A stretch of 64,000 nt of DNA from Hydrurus foetidus (Eukaryota), in the NCBI GenBank assembly GCA_900617105.1, contig UYFQ01000852.1, positions 124,001 through 188,000 on the forward strand, in the 5' to 3' direction. Position 1 is the first letter of the stretch. Every line of letters begins with the position of its first letter. Below, piece after piece: positions 1-11,999 of the stretch. A model generated the notes under the pieces. The model was given only the letters and a program-made list of their open reading frames with translations. It did not search any database and was not told the DNA's origin. Position numbers and translations under genes: made by a program.

Positions 1-439
1 TCCTCGCCGATCAGAACAAGCGTGCCGTAACGTCTGTCGACCTGCTGGCCGTCGCGCCGCGAGCACGGTGATGACGATGTCGGACATCTCCGGGATCTCG
101 GACATCAATCGCAGCATGTCGATCCGCGGCACTTCGATCACGGTCGTGTCGGTCACGGCTCGCATCGGCATCAGCCAGCTGCCGCCGTTCAGGAACGAGA
201 TCTCCGCCATGAACTGGGTTGGCCCGAGCGTGGATGCGATATGGTCGTCCGTGAAGGGGTTCACGACCTCGATCTCGCCTTCCTGGACGTAGACGAAGCG
301 GTTGGCCGGTTCCCCGGCACGGGCGACGAACGCGCCTGAGGATAGCGGCGGACCGTGCCGACCGCCTGCAACGCCGCGACGTGCGTCACCGAAAGGGGAC
401 GCGTTGCATCTCGCGCAAATCGCGCCCGATGGATTCCAT
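1..439 (-). CDS. Cyclic-nucleotide-binding-domain FAD oxidoreductase (thioredoxin reductase-like), 5' part only
   Basis: Stitched minus-strand translation MESIGRDLREMQR...FVYVQEGEIEVV...LGPTQFMAEISFLNGG...MRAVTDTTVIEVPR...MSEIPEMSDIVITVLAARR is a cNMP-binding domain of the type fused to TrxB-like enzymes; it runs off the window edge. Confidence 0.65.
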
Positions 440-629
440 GCGTCGTGCCCTTCTTGCCGCCTGAGCGACAGTCGGCCAGGCGGCCTGACTTCGCAAGACC
501 AAGCTTGGCGGGGTTCCTGATTATATTACGCGGTTCACGTATGGCGGCAGACGTTGCTGAATCCGCGTAATGCAATAGGTGATCTCAACTTGGGTATGGA
601 AGCTATGTCTCGACGCTATTGCTTCGACA

Positions 630-1050
630 ACTCCCGCCCGCCGCTCCTGCACCACGAAAGCCATTCCGACCGAGCGCGGCGCCGTCAGGGCGAAGCCGAA
701 CTGGGCGTAGAGCCGGTGCGCTTCGCCGTCGGCCATCAGGCTGACATGGCCCTCCGCGCCGTGGCGCGCAGGTGATCGACCAGCGCCCCACGATGGCCTT
801 GCCCAGTCCACGCCCTGATGCTCGGGAAGGACGGCGATATCGACCACCTGAAAGAAGAGGCCGCCATCGCCGACCACCCGGCCCATCCCCACAGCTTCGC
901 CGTCCTTGCGGATGACGACGGCGAAGACGGTGTTGGCAGGCCGGCGGCTGCGCCTTCAGCCGTCTTGGGTGTGAGGCCCGCCCTTATGCGAAGTCCGAGA
1001 TAGTCTTCCTTCGCAGGGGTTCCGACGTGAAGCGTGTAGTCGTTGGTCAA
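630..1050 (-). CDS. GNAT family N-acetyltransferase
   Basis: ORFs 736..1050 and 521..892: GMGRVVGDGGLFFQVVDIAVLPEHQG...VSLMADGEAHRLYAQFGF; 3' end approximate. Confidence 0.85.
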
Positions 1051-1078
1051 AGGTCCCTGCGATCTGAAGGCGTTGCAC

Positions 1079-1696
1079 TCAGGCGGCCGCGCGATCGATC
1101 TCTGGATCGAAGCGCTGGAGGAAGTCCTCGCGCGTCACCTCGCCCAGGTCCACCATCTTGCGCCGCCGGCCGCGATGACGGTGACGTCGGTGATGCCGAT
1201 CACGTTCAGGATGAGCCGCAGATACTGGGTCGCGAGGTCGCGATCCCGGATCGGCGAGCCTTCGGTATAGATGCCGCCGGAGGCCATCAGAACGGTCGCC
1301 GTCTTGCCGGACAATAGACCTTTGCCGTCGAAGCCGAGCGTCAGCCCTTGCGCACGATATGGTCGATCCAGGCCTTCAGCGCGGCCGGCACATTGTAGTT
1401 ATAGACCGGGGTGGCGATGACGAAGTGGTCGGCGGCGAGCAGTTCGGCCACCAGTTCGTCGGACAGCCGCATCGCCTCCTTCATCTCGGGCGAATGCTGC
1501 TCGGACGGCGTGAAATAGGCCTGGAGCCACGGCGCGTTCACGAACGCCAGGTCGGTCTCCATCAGGTCGCGGATGACGATCTCTCCGTCAGGGTGGGCCG
1601 TCCGCCACCTCGCGACGAAGCGACGCGTGAGATTGCGCGAGATCGAATGATCCCCGCGCGGGCTGGTCTCGACGACGAGCAGTCTGATCTGGTCAT
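1079..1696 (-). CDS. azoR: FMN-dependent NADH:quinone/azo reductase
   Basis: [15 protein letters not shown]...[40 protein letters not shown]...[10 protein letters not shown]; flavodoxin-like AzoR motifs. Confidence 0.85.
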
Positions 1697-1703
1697 GGGG
1701 ATT

Positions 1704-2456
1704 TCAGGACGCGGCCGGAAGACGACCTCGCCGGGCTCGCCCGGCGCAGAGCCGGCGGCGACCATCAGCGGCAACAGATGATCTTCGTGCGGCTGCGCCG
1801 CGCGGGCTTCAGCGCCTGTTCCCAGGCGACGAGGGCCTCGTCGCGCCGGGACGGATCGACCATCGCCTCGCGCAGCCAGGCGTCGAACGCCTCCGCCGCC
1901 GGATCAGGCGCTGACCGTCGCCGAAGCCGCGCATGTTGTGATAGGTCTGGCCGCTTCCGATGATCAGCACGCCGTCGTTGCGCAACGAGGTCAGCGCCCG
2001 CCCGATGGCGATATGGGTCGCGGGTCCAGAGCCTGCTGCAGCGACAACTGCACCACGGGGATGTCGGCTTGCGGGAACATCACCTTGAAGGGGACGAAGA
2101 CGCCGTGGTCCCAGCCGCGCTGATTGTCCGACGTGCTGGCGATTCCGGCCGCCGCCAGCCGTGCGCGAACCTCGGCCGCCAGCAAGGGCGATCCGGGCGC
2201 AGGCCATTGCAGGCGGTAGGTGTTCTCCGGGAAGCCGCCATAGTCGTACAGAAGGGGCGGCGTGCCTCCGCTGTTGACCGTCGGCCGAGCCGCTTCCCAA
2301 TGGCCCGAGATGACAAGGATCCCGCGAGGCCGTTCGGTGAGCTCCGACGAACCCGCGCAGGTAATCCTCCAGTTCGCGCCAGGCCGAGCGCATCGGACCC
2401 GGCTCCAGGAAGAAGCAGGGTCCGCCGCCGTGATTGATGAAATAGGTTGGTTGCAT
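1704..2456 (-). CDS. LigB-family extradiol ring-cleavage dioxygenase (4,5-DOPA dioxygenase-like)
   Basis: YFINHGGGP, ILVISGHWE, LLYDYGGFP, RGWDHGVFVPF, IPVVQLSL, VLIIGSGQTYHN motifs. Confidence 0.9.
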
Positions 2457-2534
2457 GCCAAGGGAGATAGGTCGACAGCTCCCTTGTGGGAGCGATGAAG
2501 TTATGATGATGTCCATCGGTCTGGATGATGGATC

Positions 2535-3416
2535 GTGATCGGAAACCTCGCTCGATCAGCTGCGCGTACTCGTCGCGATCGCCGACGCCGGCAGCTTCTC
2601 GGCCGCCGGGCGTCGGATCGGCCGCGCCCAGTCGGCCATCAGCCAGGCCATGGCCGGGCTGGAAGCGACCCAGGGCGTTCAGCTCGACCGCAGCGGTCAT
2701 CGCCCGCAGCTGACCGAGATCGGACGGCTTCTGGTGGACCAGGCCCGGTGCTGGCGAGCGCCGCGCGGTTCGAGGCCGTGGCGGCGAACACCCGCTCAGG
2801 GCTGGAGCCGGAACTGGCGCTGGCCATCGATCCGCTCGTGCCCTCCGGGCCTCTGATCGAGAGCCTGCGGGCGCTTCGCGACACCTATCCCGACCTGCCG
2901 GTCAGCTTTTCGACCGAGGGGCTCGGCGGAGCGGAGCGGCGGTTGCGCCAGGGCTCCGCGGCCCTCGCCATCTGCCTCCTGCTGCCTTCACCGCCGGACG
3001 ATATCGCCGCCCTGCCGCTGCTCGGCGTCAAGCTTGCGCCGGTGGCTGTGCCTGACCATCCGCTGGCTCGCCTGGGTCGACCCATAACCCGGGCGGATCT
3101 CGATCCGCACATCCAGCTGGTCCTGTCGGACCCGATCGACGCCACAGGACCGTCCTACGGTCTGGCCAGCGCGCGTCTCTGGCGTTTCGTGGATCTCCAG
3201 CGGCCTGGACATGTTGCTGGCCGGCTTCGGCTGGTGCCGCATGCCCGAGCATCTGATCACGCAGCTGTTGGCGGACGGCAGGCTGGTCCGCCTTGAGTTG
3301 GCCGATGACGGCCCGCGAAGACCTCACCATCTACGCCGCCCACATGCGGGACCGACCCTGGGGCCTGCCGGACGCTGGCTTTGAATGACCTGAAACTGCG
3401 TTTGACTGGATCGTGA
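2535..3416 (+). CDS. LysR family transcriptional regulator (divergent from the dioxygenase operon)
   Basis: LDQLRVLVAIADAGSFSAAGRRIGRAQSAISQAMAGLE HTH plus substrate-binding domain, across frames. Confidence 0.9.
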
Positions 3417-3488
3417 CGGGTGGACGGCCAGCTATGGCGCGGCTTGGCGCCGGCCTCCGCCATCACCGCCGATCATGGCGGAGTCTGG

Positions 3489-3897
3489 TCAGCGTCCTGA
3501 ACCGTCCGTCGTCTCCAGGTAAGCGATGATGTCGCGGCGTTGGTTCGCGTCCGGAACGGTCAGGTACATCCGCGAGCCGGGAGCCATGCGCTGCGGACCC
3601 TGGAGCCAGGCATCAAGCCTGTCAGACGTCCAGACGCCGCCGACCTGCCGCAGCGCCGGCGAGTAGTCATAGCCGTTCGCCGATGCCACGCGCCGGCCCA
3701 CGACACCCGATGTCTTGGGCCGGTGCGGTTGACGTCGAGCGAGTGGCAGGCGCCACAGCGGCCGTCGTAAAGCGCGCGTCCACGCGTGGCATCCCCGCCG
3801 CTTTGCGCGGGAGGCCGCCGGCGGGTGGATAATGCCATTCGCCAGGAGGAGATGACGGCGAAGACGAGGACCAACCCTCCCAGGTCAGGCGCTTCAC
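3489..3897 (-). CDS. Class I c-type cytochrome
   Basis: GDATRGRALYDGRCGACHSLDVNRTGP (CxxCH), then GYDYSPAL...WTSDRLDAWLQGPQRMAPGSRM. Confidence 0.9.
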
Positions 3898-3900
3898 GGT

Positions 3901-4453
3901 TCAGACGAACAGGAAGGCCTGGGCCGGAATCGCTGTCCCAGCCGCATTATTCAAGGTCGCCCAGTGAACGGCTTCGTCGGCGGAGAGCTGCGTGAACAGG
4001 TGCACCAGGCCCTTGTCGGACAGGGCGGCCACCTGCCCGGTGTAGGCGTTGGTCGCCCCCTGTTCGAGGCGCGTGGCGAGCGCCACGACCTCAGCTTCGG
4101 ACGTCAGGGTCGCGAGAGAGCGCTTCGACATAGTCCGCGTCCGATCTGGGTTCTACCGGCGTGCCGCCCGCCTCACGGACCACTCGAGCGAGCGCGTCAC
4201 GATGTTGCTGATGGTGTCCCATGAACAGTGTAGCGACCTGCAAGGTGCCAGCGGACAACAGCCCGCTCGCACCGGCAAGCCGATAGGCCGCGATCCCCTC
4301 GTGCTCGATGGCGAGGGCCGTTCAGAATGCCGACATCGCCGTCTCCGGTCTGCGCAACGGCGGCGCGGCGGATGCGAAGAGCCCTGCTCCCGCCAGGGAT
4401 CCCGCGGCGATGAACAGATCTCTACGGCCCGGTCGGGCTGGTTCTGTGGTCAC
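3901..4453 (-). CDS. Ferritin-like domain protein
   Basis: ALAIEHEGI...LATRLEQGATNAY...LSADEAVHW (ExxH di-iron helix pattern); GGAGG RBS before a GTG start. Confidence 0.7.
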
Positions 4454-4827
4454 CTGAACCTCCTTTGGACGAAGACCGCGTCCTCGCCGCTTCAGACGTC
4501 GACTTCACGGGCCGGCATCCAAAGCGTATCAGGCCGTCACCCGCGGCGACACGCTTCGGTGAGGCATTCCTTCTATGCCTGCCGGCTATCGGTTCACGGA
4601 CCCGTCCCTTCCGAAGCCCATCGCCGACCCACCGTGAGGCCGTGCGCAGTGAGCAGGCGAAGATCAAGTTCAAGCTCGGATTGATCGCTTCACGACGCAG
4701 ATCCAGGTCGGTGGCAATCCCCGCAACGCGAACGGTCTGCTACTTGTCGCCGCGTGGTTTCCCGTTCATCTGACGTGGGTCGCGGGACCGGGATCCACGA
4801 CGAGATCGTGGGAAGGGTGAGATCGCA

Positions 4828-5428
4828 ATGGGCGCTTCGCAGACGGATCCGTCGGCCTTTTACGGTGTTCTGGAGGAATGGATCACCGCGTCCGATGTCA
4901 TGGAGCGCACGCTCAAGCCGGGTGACCCGATGCCGGGCTTCATGGCGCCGATGATCGACGGTCGCCTGGTGTCGTCCCTGGAACTGCTCCGCAGCGGCCC
5001 GTTGGTCATCAGCTTCTTTCGCGCGCCTGGTGCACGTTTTGCGTCGAGGAGCTTCGAGCCCTCGACGCCGCCCTCCCCAGTTCGCCGCACGGTCAGTCGG
5101 CGTTGTCGCCATCTCTTCAGAGACATCCGAACCGGCGCGCCGCCTGCAGTCGGAACTCTCGATCCCCTTATTGTCGGATGTCGACTACGCGATCGGCCTG
5201 CTGTTCGGCGTCATCTTCGTGGTGCCGCCATTCATGCGCGCCCACCTCGAGGCCCGTGGGATCAATCTCGGCGAGCTTCACGGCTCCCGGACCTGGATGC
5301 TGCCGATCCCGGCGACCTATGTGATTGACCGGAATGGCGCTGTCGCCGCCGCCTTCGTGGACCCCGACTTCACCTGTCGAACCGATCCCGGAGATATCCT
5401 TGAGGTGATCGCCAGCCTTGAGGCCTGA
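4828..5428 (+). CDS. Peroxiredoxin-like AhpC/TSA family protein
   Basis: LKPGDPMPGF...LLRSGPLVISFFR..WC..C...VVAISSE...LLSDVDY...LPIPATYVIDRNG. Confidence 0.8.
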
Positions 5429-5487
5429 TCGGCCCCATTGCGGTTTCGCGGCATTGGCGTTCGTAAGCTTTTCAAAGGACTCTTCTC

Positions 5488-6872
5488 GTGTCGAAACCCA
5501 CAGCAGCCAGCGTCGCGCCGGAGCGGTTCGATGCCCTCATCATCGGCGCCGGGCAAGCAGGACCGTCGCTCGCGGGCGTCTCAGCGCCGGCGGGATGACG
5601 GTCGCGATCATCGAGCGCCATCTGGTCGGCGGGACTTGCGTCAACACGGGCTGCAAGCCGACCAAGACGCTCGTGGCCAGCGCCCAGGCCGTTCGAACCG
5701 CGCAGCGCGGCGCGGAGTACGGTTTCTCCACAGGCGAGGTGAGGGTCGACATGGCGGCCGTTGCGGCGCGCGCGAACAAGGTCATCCTCGACTCGCGGTC
5801 GGGTAACGAGGACTGGCTGACCGGCATGGCCAATGTCGATCTGATCCGCGGCCATGCGCGGTTCGAAAGCGCCGACACGGTCGTCGTCGAAGGTCGGCGG
5901 CTGACGGCGCCCGGATCTTCATCAACGTCGGCGGCCGGGCCAACGTCCCGAGATGCCCGGGCTGTACGACGTGCCCTGGATGACCAACACCGGGATCGTC
6001 GGCCTGGATATCCTGCCCGGCATCTGATCGTGGTGGGCGGCAGCTACATCGGGCTGGAGTTCGCCCAGATGTATCGCCGCTTCGGCGCGGAGGTGACGGT
6101 CGTCGAGCGGGGAGACCGATTGATCGGCCGCGAAGACCCGGATGTCCCAGGCCGTACGCGAGATTCTCGAGGCCGAAGGCGTCACGGTCCGGACCGGCGC
6201 GAACTGCATCGGGTTTGCGCCGACGCAAGAGGGGTGTCCGTCTCGGTGGATTGCGCCGAAGGGCCGCCCGCTTCGGTCGGCAGTCACGTCCTGCTGGCGA
6301 TCGGTCGGCGCCCAACACGGACGATCTGGGTCTGGACGCGGCCGCCATCGCGACGGACGCCCGGGGCTATATAACGGTGGATGATCAGCTGAGGACATCT
6401 GTCGAAGGCGTCTGGGCGCTGGGCGACTGCAATGGCCGCGGCGCTTCACCCACACCGCCTACAACGACTTCGAGATCGTGGCGGCCAACCTTCTTGATGG
6501 CGAGGATCGGCGCGTCAGTCAGAGACTGCCCGGTTACGCCCTCTATATCGATCCGCCGCTCGGCCGGGTCGGGATGACGGACGCCGAAGCGCTGAACAGC
6601 GGACGTCGCCTGCTGTTCTCAAACGGCCGATGACGCGCGTCGGGCGGGCGGTCGAGAAGGGCGAGACCCAGGGCTTCATGAAGGTGGTGGCTGACGCCGA
6701 CACGCGCCGGATCCTGGGCGCGGCTATTCTCGGCGTCGGCGGCGACGAGGCGATCCACGGCATTCTCGACATGATGTCGGCCGACCAGACGATCGAAGCG
6801 CTTCGCTGGGCCGTGCCGATCCACCCCACAGTCGCGGAAGTCATCCCGACCCTGCTGGCGGAGCTGGCCTAG
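5488..6872 (+). CDS. Class I pyridine nucleotide-disulfide oxidoreductase (RclA/MerA-like, no C-terminal Cys pair)
   Basis: FDALIIGAGQAG, GGTCVNTGCKPTK, VVGGSYIGLEFAQ, WALGDCNG, C-terminal IHPTVAE. Confidence 0.85.
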
Positions 6873-6980
6873 GACGCGAGCGTGACCCCGCATTGACGTC
6901 CGCTTCGACCGTCATCGACTTCCATTGATGATGTTTGACGCCCCCGAAGGCCGAGAGCCTTCGATTTCGGAGGAGACACC

Positions 6981-7355
6981 ATGAGCGACGACAGAATGAA
7001 GATCCCCGGTTCCGATCATCCGATCACGCTGGTGCGTGAGATGTCGCGTGCCGTCATCCGGGCGGCGGGTCGCCAGATCGGAGAGACCGGCGACGTGTTG
7101 ACGCTGCACGAGTCCGCCTACGCCCCCGTCCACTACGTTCCGCGTGGGGACCTGGACATGAACCTTTACCCGAACCGCCACCAGGACGTTCTGCCCTACA
7201 AGGGCGAGGCGAGTTACTTCTCACTGGCGGTGGGAGATGACGTCCATCCGGATGCGGCCTGGTCCTACGAGACGCCCTATCCCGCCGTCGCCCCTATCGC
7301 GTACTATATCGCCTTCTTCCCGGGCCACACCGAGCTCATTTTCCGGGAGCGCTGA
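6981..7355 (+). CDS. DUF427 domain protein
   Basis: LTLHESAYAPVHYVPRGD...PYKGEASYFSL...DAAWSYETPYPAVAPI. Confidence 0.85.
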   Translation: MSDDRMKIPGSDHPITLVREMSRAVIRAAGRQIGETGDVLTLHESAYAPVHYVPRGDLDMNLYPNRHQDVLPYKGEASYFSLAVGDDVHPDAAWSYETPYPAVAPIAYYIAFFPGHTELIFRER

Positions 7356-7573
7356 TCGGGTCCGCCTGCATCTTTTCAGGCGTTCGAGCGCGGTGTCTGA
7401 CGGGTCGAAGGCTGAGGGAGCCAACCCTGCATCTACGCTACAAGGCCTCGAACTCGCAAGCCCTGACGCGCCAATGTCTGCTTCCCGGTTGAGAGAAGTC
7501 GCAGCGCGACGCAGCAGCCTGCGACCAGCCTCGCCCGTCGATGACGTCCTGGTCATTTTGCCGAGCTTGCAGA

Positions 7574-8160
7574 TTAACCGCGAACCACCTGTTCAAGACC
7601 AGCCCCGGCGAGCCGGGCGGCGGCGAGCAGGCGATCGAGATCGTGCCCGTTGCGAGCGCTGGCGGACAGGCCGGCCATGACGGTGCTCATATAGTCGGTC
7701 ACGCGCTCGGCCTGGTCGGATGGCGCGCGGCGACGAAGCGATGGATCGCCCCTCCGCCGCCGCAAGGAAGGTTCCGGCCGCCTGCGTGCCTCGCGGTCGG
7801 TGCAGCGCACCCTCGATAACGAGGCACCCCGCCGCGTCCGGATCGGCGGCATAGCGCCGCGCCGCCGCTTCCAGCACCGCGACGAGGCATTCCGCGACCG
7901 GGCGATCGGCGTTCAGCAGATCGGACAGCGGGACCGCGCCGGTACCGGCATAGCGATCGAGAATGCGGCTGTAGAGCTCGGCCTTGCTACCGAAGGCGGC
8001 GTAGAAGCTGGGCGGGTTTATCCCGATCGCCTGGGTCAGGTGCGCGATGCTGACGGCATCATAGCCACGCGAATGGAACAGATGTTGGTGGTCGCGACCG
8101 CTTCGTCCGGGTCGAACAGGCGCGGTCTGCCGCGTGCGCGGTTTAGTTTGTATGAGCCAC
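7574..8160 (-). CDS. bdcR: TetR family regulator, BdcR-like
   Basis: RGRPRLFDPDEAV...LFHSRGYDAVSIAHLTQAIGI..PSFYAAFGSKAELY...AARRYAADPDAAGCLVIEG; divergent from bdcA; start approximate. Confidence 0.7.
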
Positions 8161-8232
8161 TACAAATACCTTGACGGATGTCTAGAACTGTTTATGTAGC
8201 GGGTCGTAAGTTATTCATCAAGGAAAAGTCCG

Positions 8233-8938
8233 ATGGGTGTGTTTGAGGCGAAATCCGTTCTCGTGCTGGGTGGCAGTCGGGGATCGGCGCGGCGATCGTT
8301 CGGCGTTTTGTGGCCGATGGCGCGAACGTGACCTTTACCTATTCCGGCTCGCCTGACGCGGCGCACGCGCTGGCGGCCGAAACGGGCAGTACCGCTGTCG
8401 AGACGGACAGCGCGGATCGCGACGCGGTGATCGCGCGTGTGAAGGACAGTGGCCCGCCTGACGTGCTGGTCGTCAATGCCGGAATCGGTGTTTTCGGCGA
8501 TCTGCTGGAGCAGGATCCGACGCAATCGACCGGCTGTTCCGATCAATATCCACGCGCCCTATCATGCGTCGGTCGAGGCCGCGCGCCAGATGCCCGAGGG
8601 CGGCCGGATCATCGTCATCGGATCGGTGAACGGCGACCGGATGCCCGTTCCCGGCATGGCCTCCTACGCGCTCAGCAAGTCTGCGCTGCAAGGGATGGCG
8701 CGCGGCTCGCACGTGACTTCGGGTCCCGTGGCATCACGATCAACGTGGTGCAGCCCGGCCCGATCGACACCGACGCCAATCCGGCGGACGGACCGATGAA
8801 GGAGCTGTTGCACGGCTTCATGGCGATCAAGCGCCACGGCCGGCCGGAAGAAGTCGCGGGCATGGTGGCGTGGCTCGCCGGCCCGGAGGCGGGTTCGTTA
8901 CGGGCATGCACACCATCGACGGCGCGTTCGGTGCCTGA
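8233..8938 (+). CDS. bdcA: SDR oxidoreductase, BdcA-like biofilm dispersal protein
   Basis: Stitched protein (VLVLGGSRGIGAAIVRRFVADGANV...INIHAPYHASVEAARQMPEGGRI...TIDGAFGA) closely follows E. coli BdcA as I recall it. Confidence 0.85.
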
Positions 8939-8957
8939 TCCGGCGGCGCAAACGCCG

Positions 8958-9604
8958 ATGACCACCATCGGCATCATCGGCGCGGGCGAGGTCGGTAGAC
9001 AGATTGCCCGCGCCGCCATCGCCAACGGCTATCGGGTGGTCATCGCCAACTCGCGCGGGCCCGAGACCCTGGCCGGGCTGGTCGCGGAGCTCGGGCCGTT
9101 CGCCGCGACCGCTGCCGGTGCGGCGGAAGCGGGAGAGTTCGTCGTGATCGCGGCCCCGCCTGCTGGTCAACGACATGCCCGTGGCGCAACTGGCGAACAA
9201 GATCGTGCTCGACACCAACAACTATATGCCGTGGCGCGACGGGCGCTATGCCCTCGTCGATACCGGCGCGAAGACCGAGCACGAACTGCGGCAGGACCAG
9301 CTGCCAACGTCCAAGGTCGCGAAGGCGTTCACGCATATCCAGGCGCCGCGCCTGTTGCTGTCGGCGCGGCCCGCTGGCACGCCGGGGCGGCACGCGCTGT
9401 CGGTGTCGAGCGACTATCCCGAAGCGGTGGCGCTGGTCACGCGACTGTACGACCAGTTCGGCTTCGACACGGCGGACAACAGCCCGCTTAGCGAAAGTCT
9501 TGGCGTAGCGGTCCGGGTCAGCCGGCATGGCACGCGCACGAGCATCAAACGCTTCCCGAGCTGGTTGCTAACCTTGCCAAGGCGACACCGCCCCACCGAG
9601 ATAG
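8958..9604 (+). CDS. F420-oxidoreductase-family NAD(P)-binding protein
   Basis: MTTIGIIGAGEVG...VVIANSRGPETL...KIVLDTNNYMPWRDG...SKVAKAFTHI. Confidence 0.85.
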
Positions 9605-9821
9605 GGCAGGCGGCCCTGTCTGACTACAGCGCCCTTCGCCTACGAAGTTCGCCGTTCTCGCCCTCGCCGGGCATCACGTTCATGTCGGCCTGAGCCTGCC
9701 GCGGTCAGTATCGCCGAGCGACCAGCAGCGATCCGCGATCACGCCGACAAGGCCTACGGTGTTCGACTGAAAACCGGGGTCTGTGTGAAGAGCGGAATCT
9801 CGCCTTTCAACCAAGTCGGTA

Positions 9822-9849
9822 ATGACCGCTGCTGGCGCTTGTCGGACCT
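9822..9849 (+). repeat. 28-bp 11-6-11 junction motif
   Basis: ATGACCGCTGC-TGGCGC-TTGTCGGACCT. Confidence 0.6.
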
Positions 9850-9925
9850 CGCCGCTACCGCCGTTTTGACTCTAGCGGCGGTTTGGAATGTCTGCTTAGC
9901 GGCGGCGGGCGACAACCTGCTAAGA

Positions 9926-10335
9926 TCAACCGACCTCGGTTTCAATCGAGACGGCCCCAACGAGCATGCGGTGGATCGGGCATCGGTCGGCGATTTCAAG
10001 AAGTCGGTCGCGCTGCTCCTGTGGGAGGTCTGCCGGCAGGCTGATGGTCCGCACGAAGTGGTCGGAGGGCGTCGCTTCCGGCTGTCGGAGAACAACCTCG
10101 ACGGACAGTAGGGGCCTATCGCCCAGCCATGCGGTTCGCGTAGAGGCGCAGGGTCTGGGCGGTGCAGGAGGCCAGAGCGGCCTGCACCAGTTCATGCGGG
10201 GTCGGCCGAGATCCAGCCCACCCAGTTCGACAGGCTCATCGACGACGAAGCTGGCAGGCCGGCGCGGACCACGAGTTGCGAGCCGCCGTGGCCCGCATCG
10301 TCGGCGAAGGAAGATCGGGGTGTGGAAGCCGTCAT
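9926..10335 (-). CDS. OsmC family protein
   Basis: FVVDEPVELGGLDLG..PHELV..ALASCTAQTLRLYA...RLLEIADRCPIHRML (two catalytic Cys). Confidence 0.85.
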
Positions 10336-10391
10336 GGGGCTTCGCTGAATGAGTAGGGGTTGTTCGGTGATTGTCGCGCGATCGACGCGCC

Positions 10392-11353
<962 letters not shown>

Positions 11354-11362
11354 TGTGGACCC

Positions 11363-11965
11363 TCAGGGCTTGGAAGATTGGGAAAGAGCTGTGTCGATAG
11401 CGATGACCACGCTGCCGAGAGTCAGCGGGCCATCCACCCGGCGGCCCTGAACGAATAGAGTCGGCGTGCCGGTGACGCCCGCATCCTGCGCCTGGCGAAC
11501 ACGCCGTTCCAACGCGGCCATGGCGTCAGGGTCGGCGATGCAGGCTTCAGTCGGGCCTCGTCGATCCCGAAACGACCCGCGACCCCGAGATGAGCCTGCG
11601 GGTCTGTCCACCGGTCCATTCCAGACTGGCCGGGGCGTCAATCACCTCGAAATACCGCTGAGACCCCGCACAGCGCGCCAGAAACGCCGGCGGCGGAAAG
11701 ATCGCAGGGCGGTAATGAACTCCCGATAGATCAGCTTGACCTGGCCGGTATCCATATAGCGACGGCGCAGTTCGGGCAGCACCGATCGCGAACCGGGCGC
11801 AGGGGCGCAGGTGCTCGAAGCGTATTCGATCAGGGTTACCGGGGCCTGACGGCCCAGAACCATGTCATCGGCTTCCGCCGCTTGGGGCGCGCATGCCGTG
11901 ATCAGGGCGCCGGCTCCCACAGCGATGATCGAGCGACGAGTGGGAAGAAGGATATCGGATTCGCG
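11363..11965 (-). CDS. DsbA/thioredoxin-fold lipoprotein
   Basis: ALITACAPQ lipobox; DMVLG..APVTLIEYASSTC...YMDTGQVKLIYREF...GVTGTPTLFVQG; start approximate. Confidence 0.8.
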
Positions 11966-11999
11966 AGCCTCCGGGCAAAGAACTGACGAGCGACCCAGC

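Noticed and set aside
5488..6872. Mercuric reductase merA / mercury resistance
   Set aside because: No C-terminal Cys-Cys pair, no NmerA domain, and no merR/T/P nearby.
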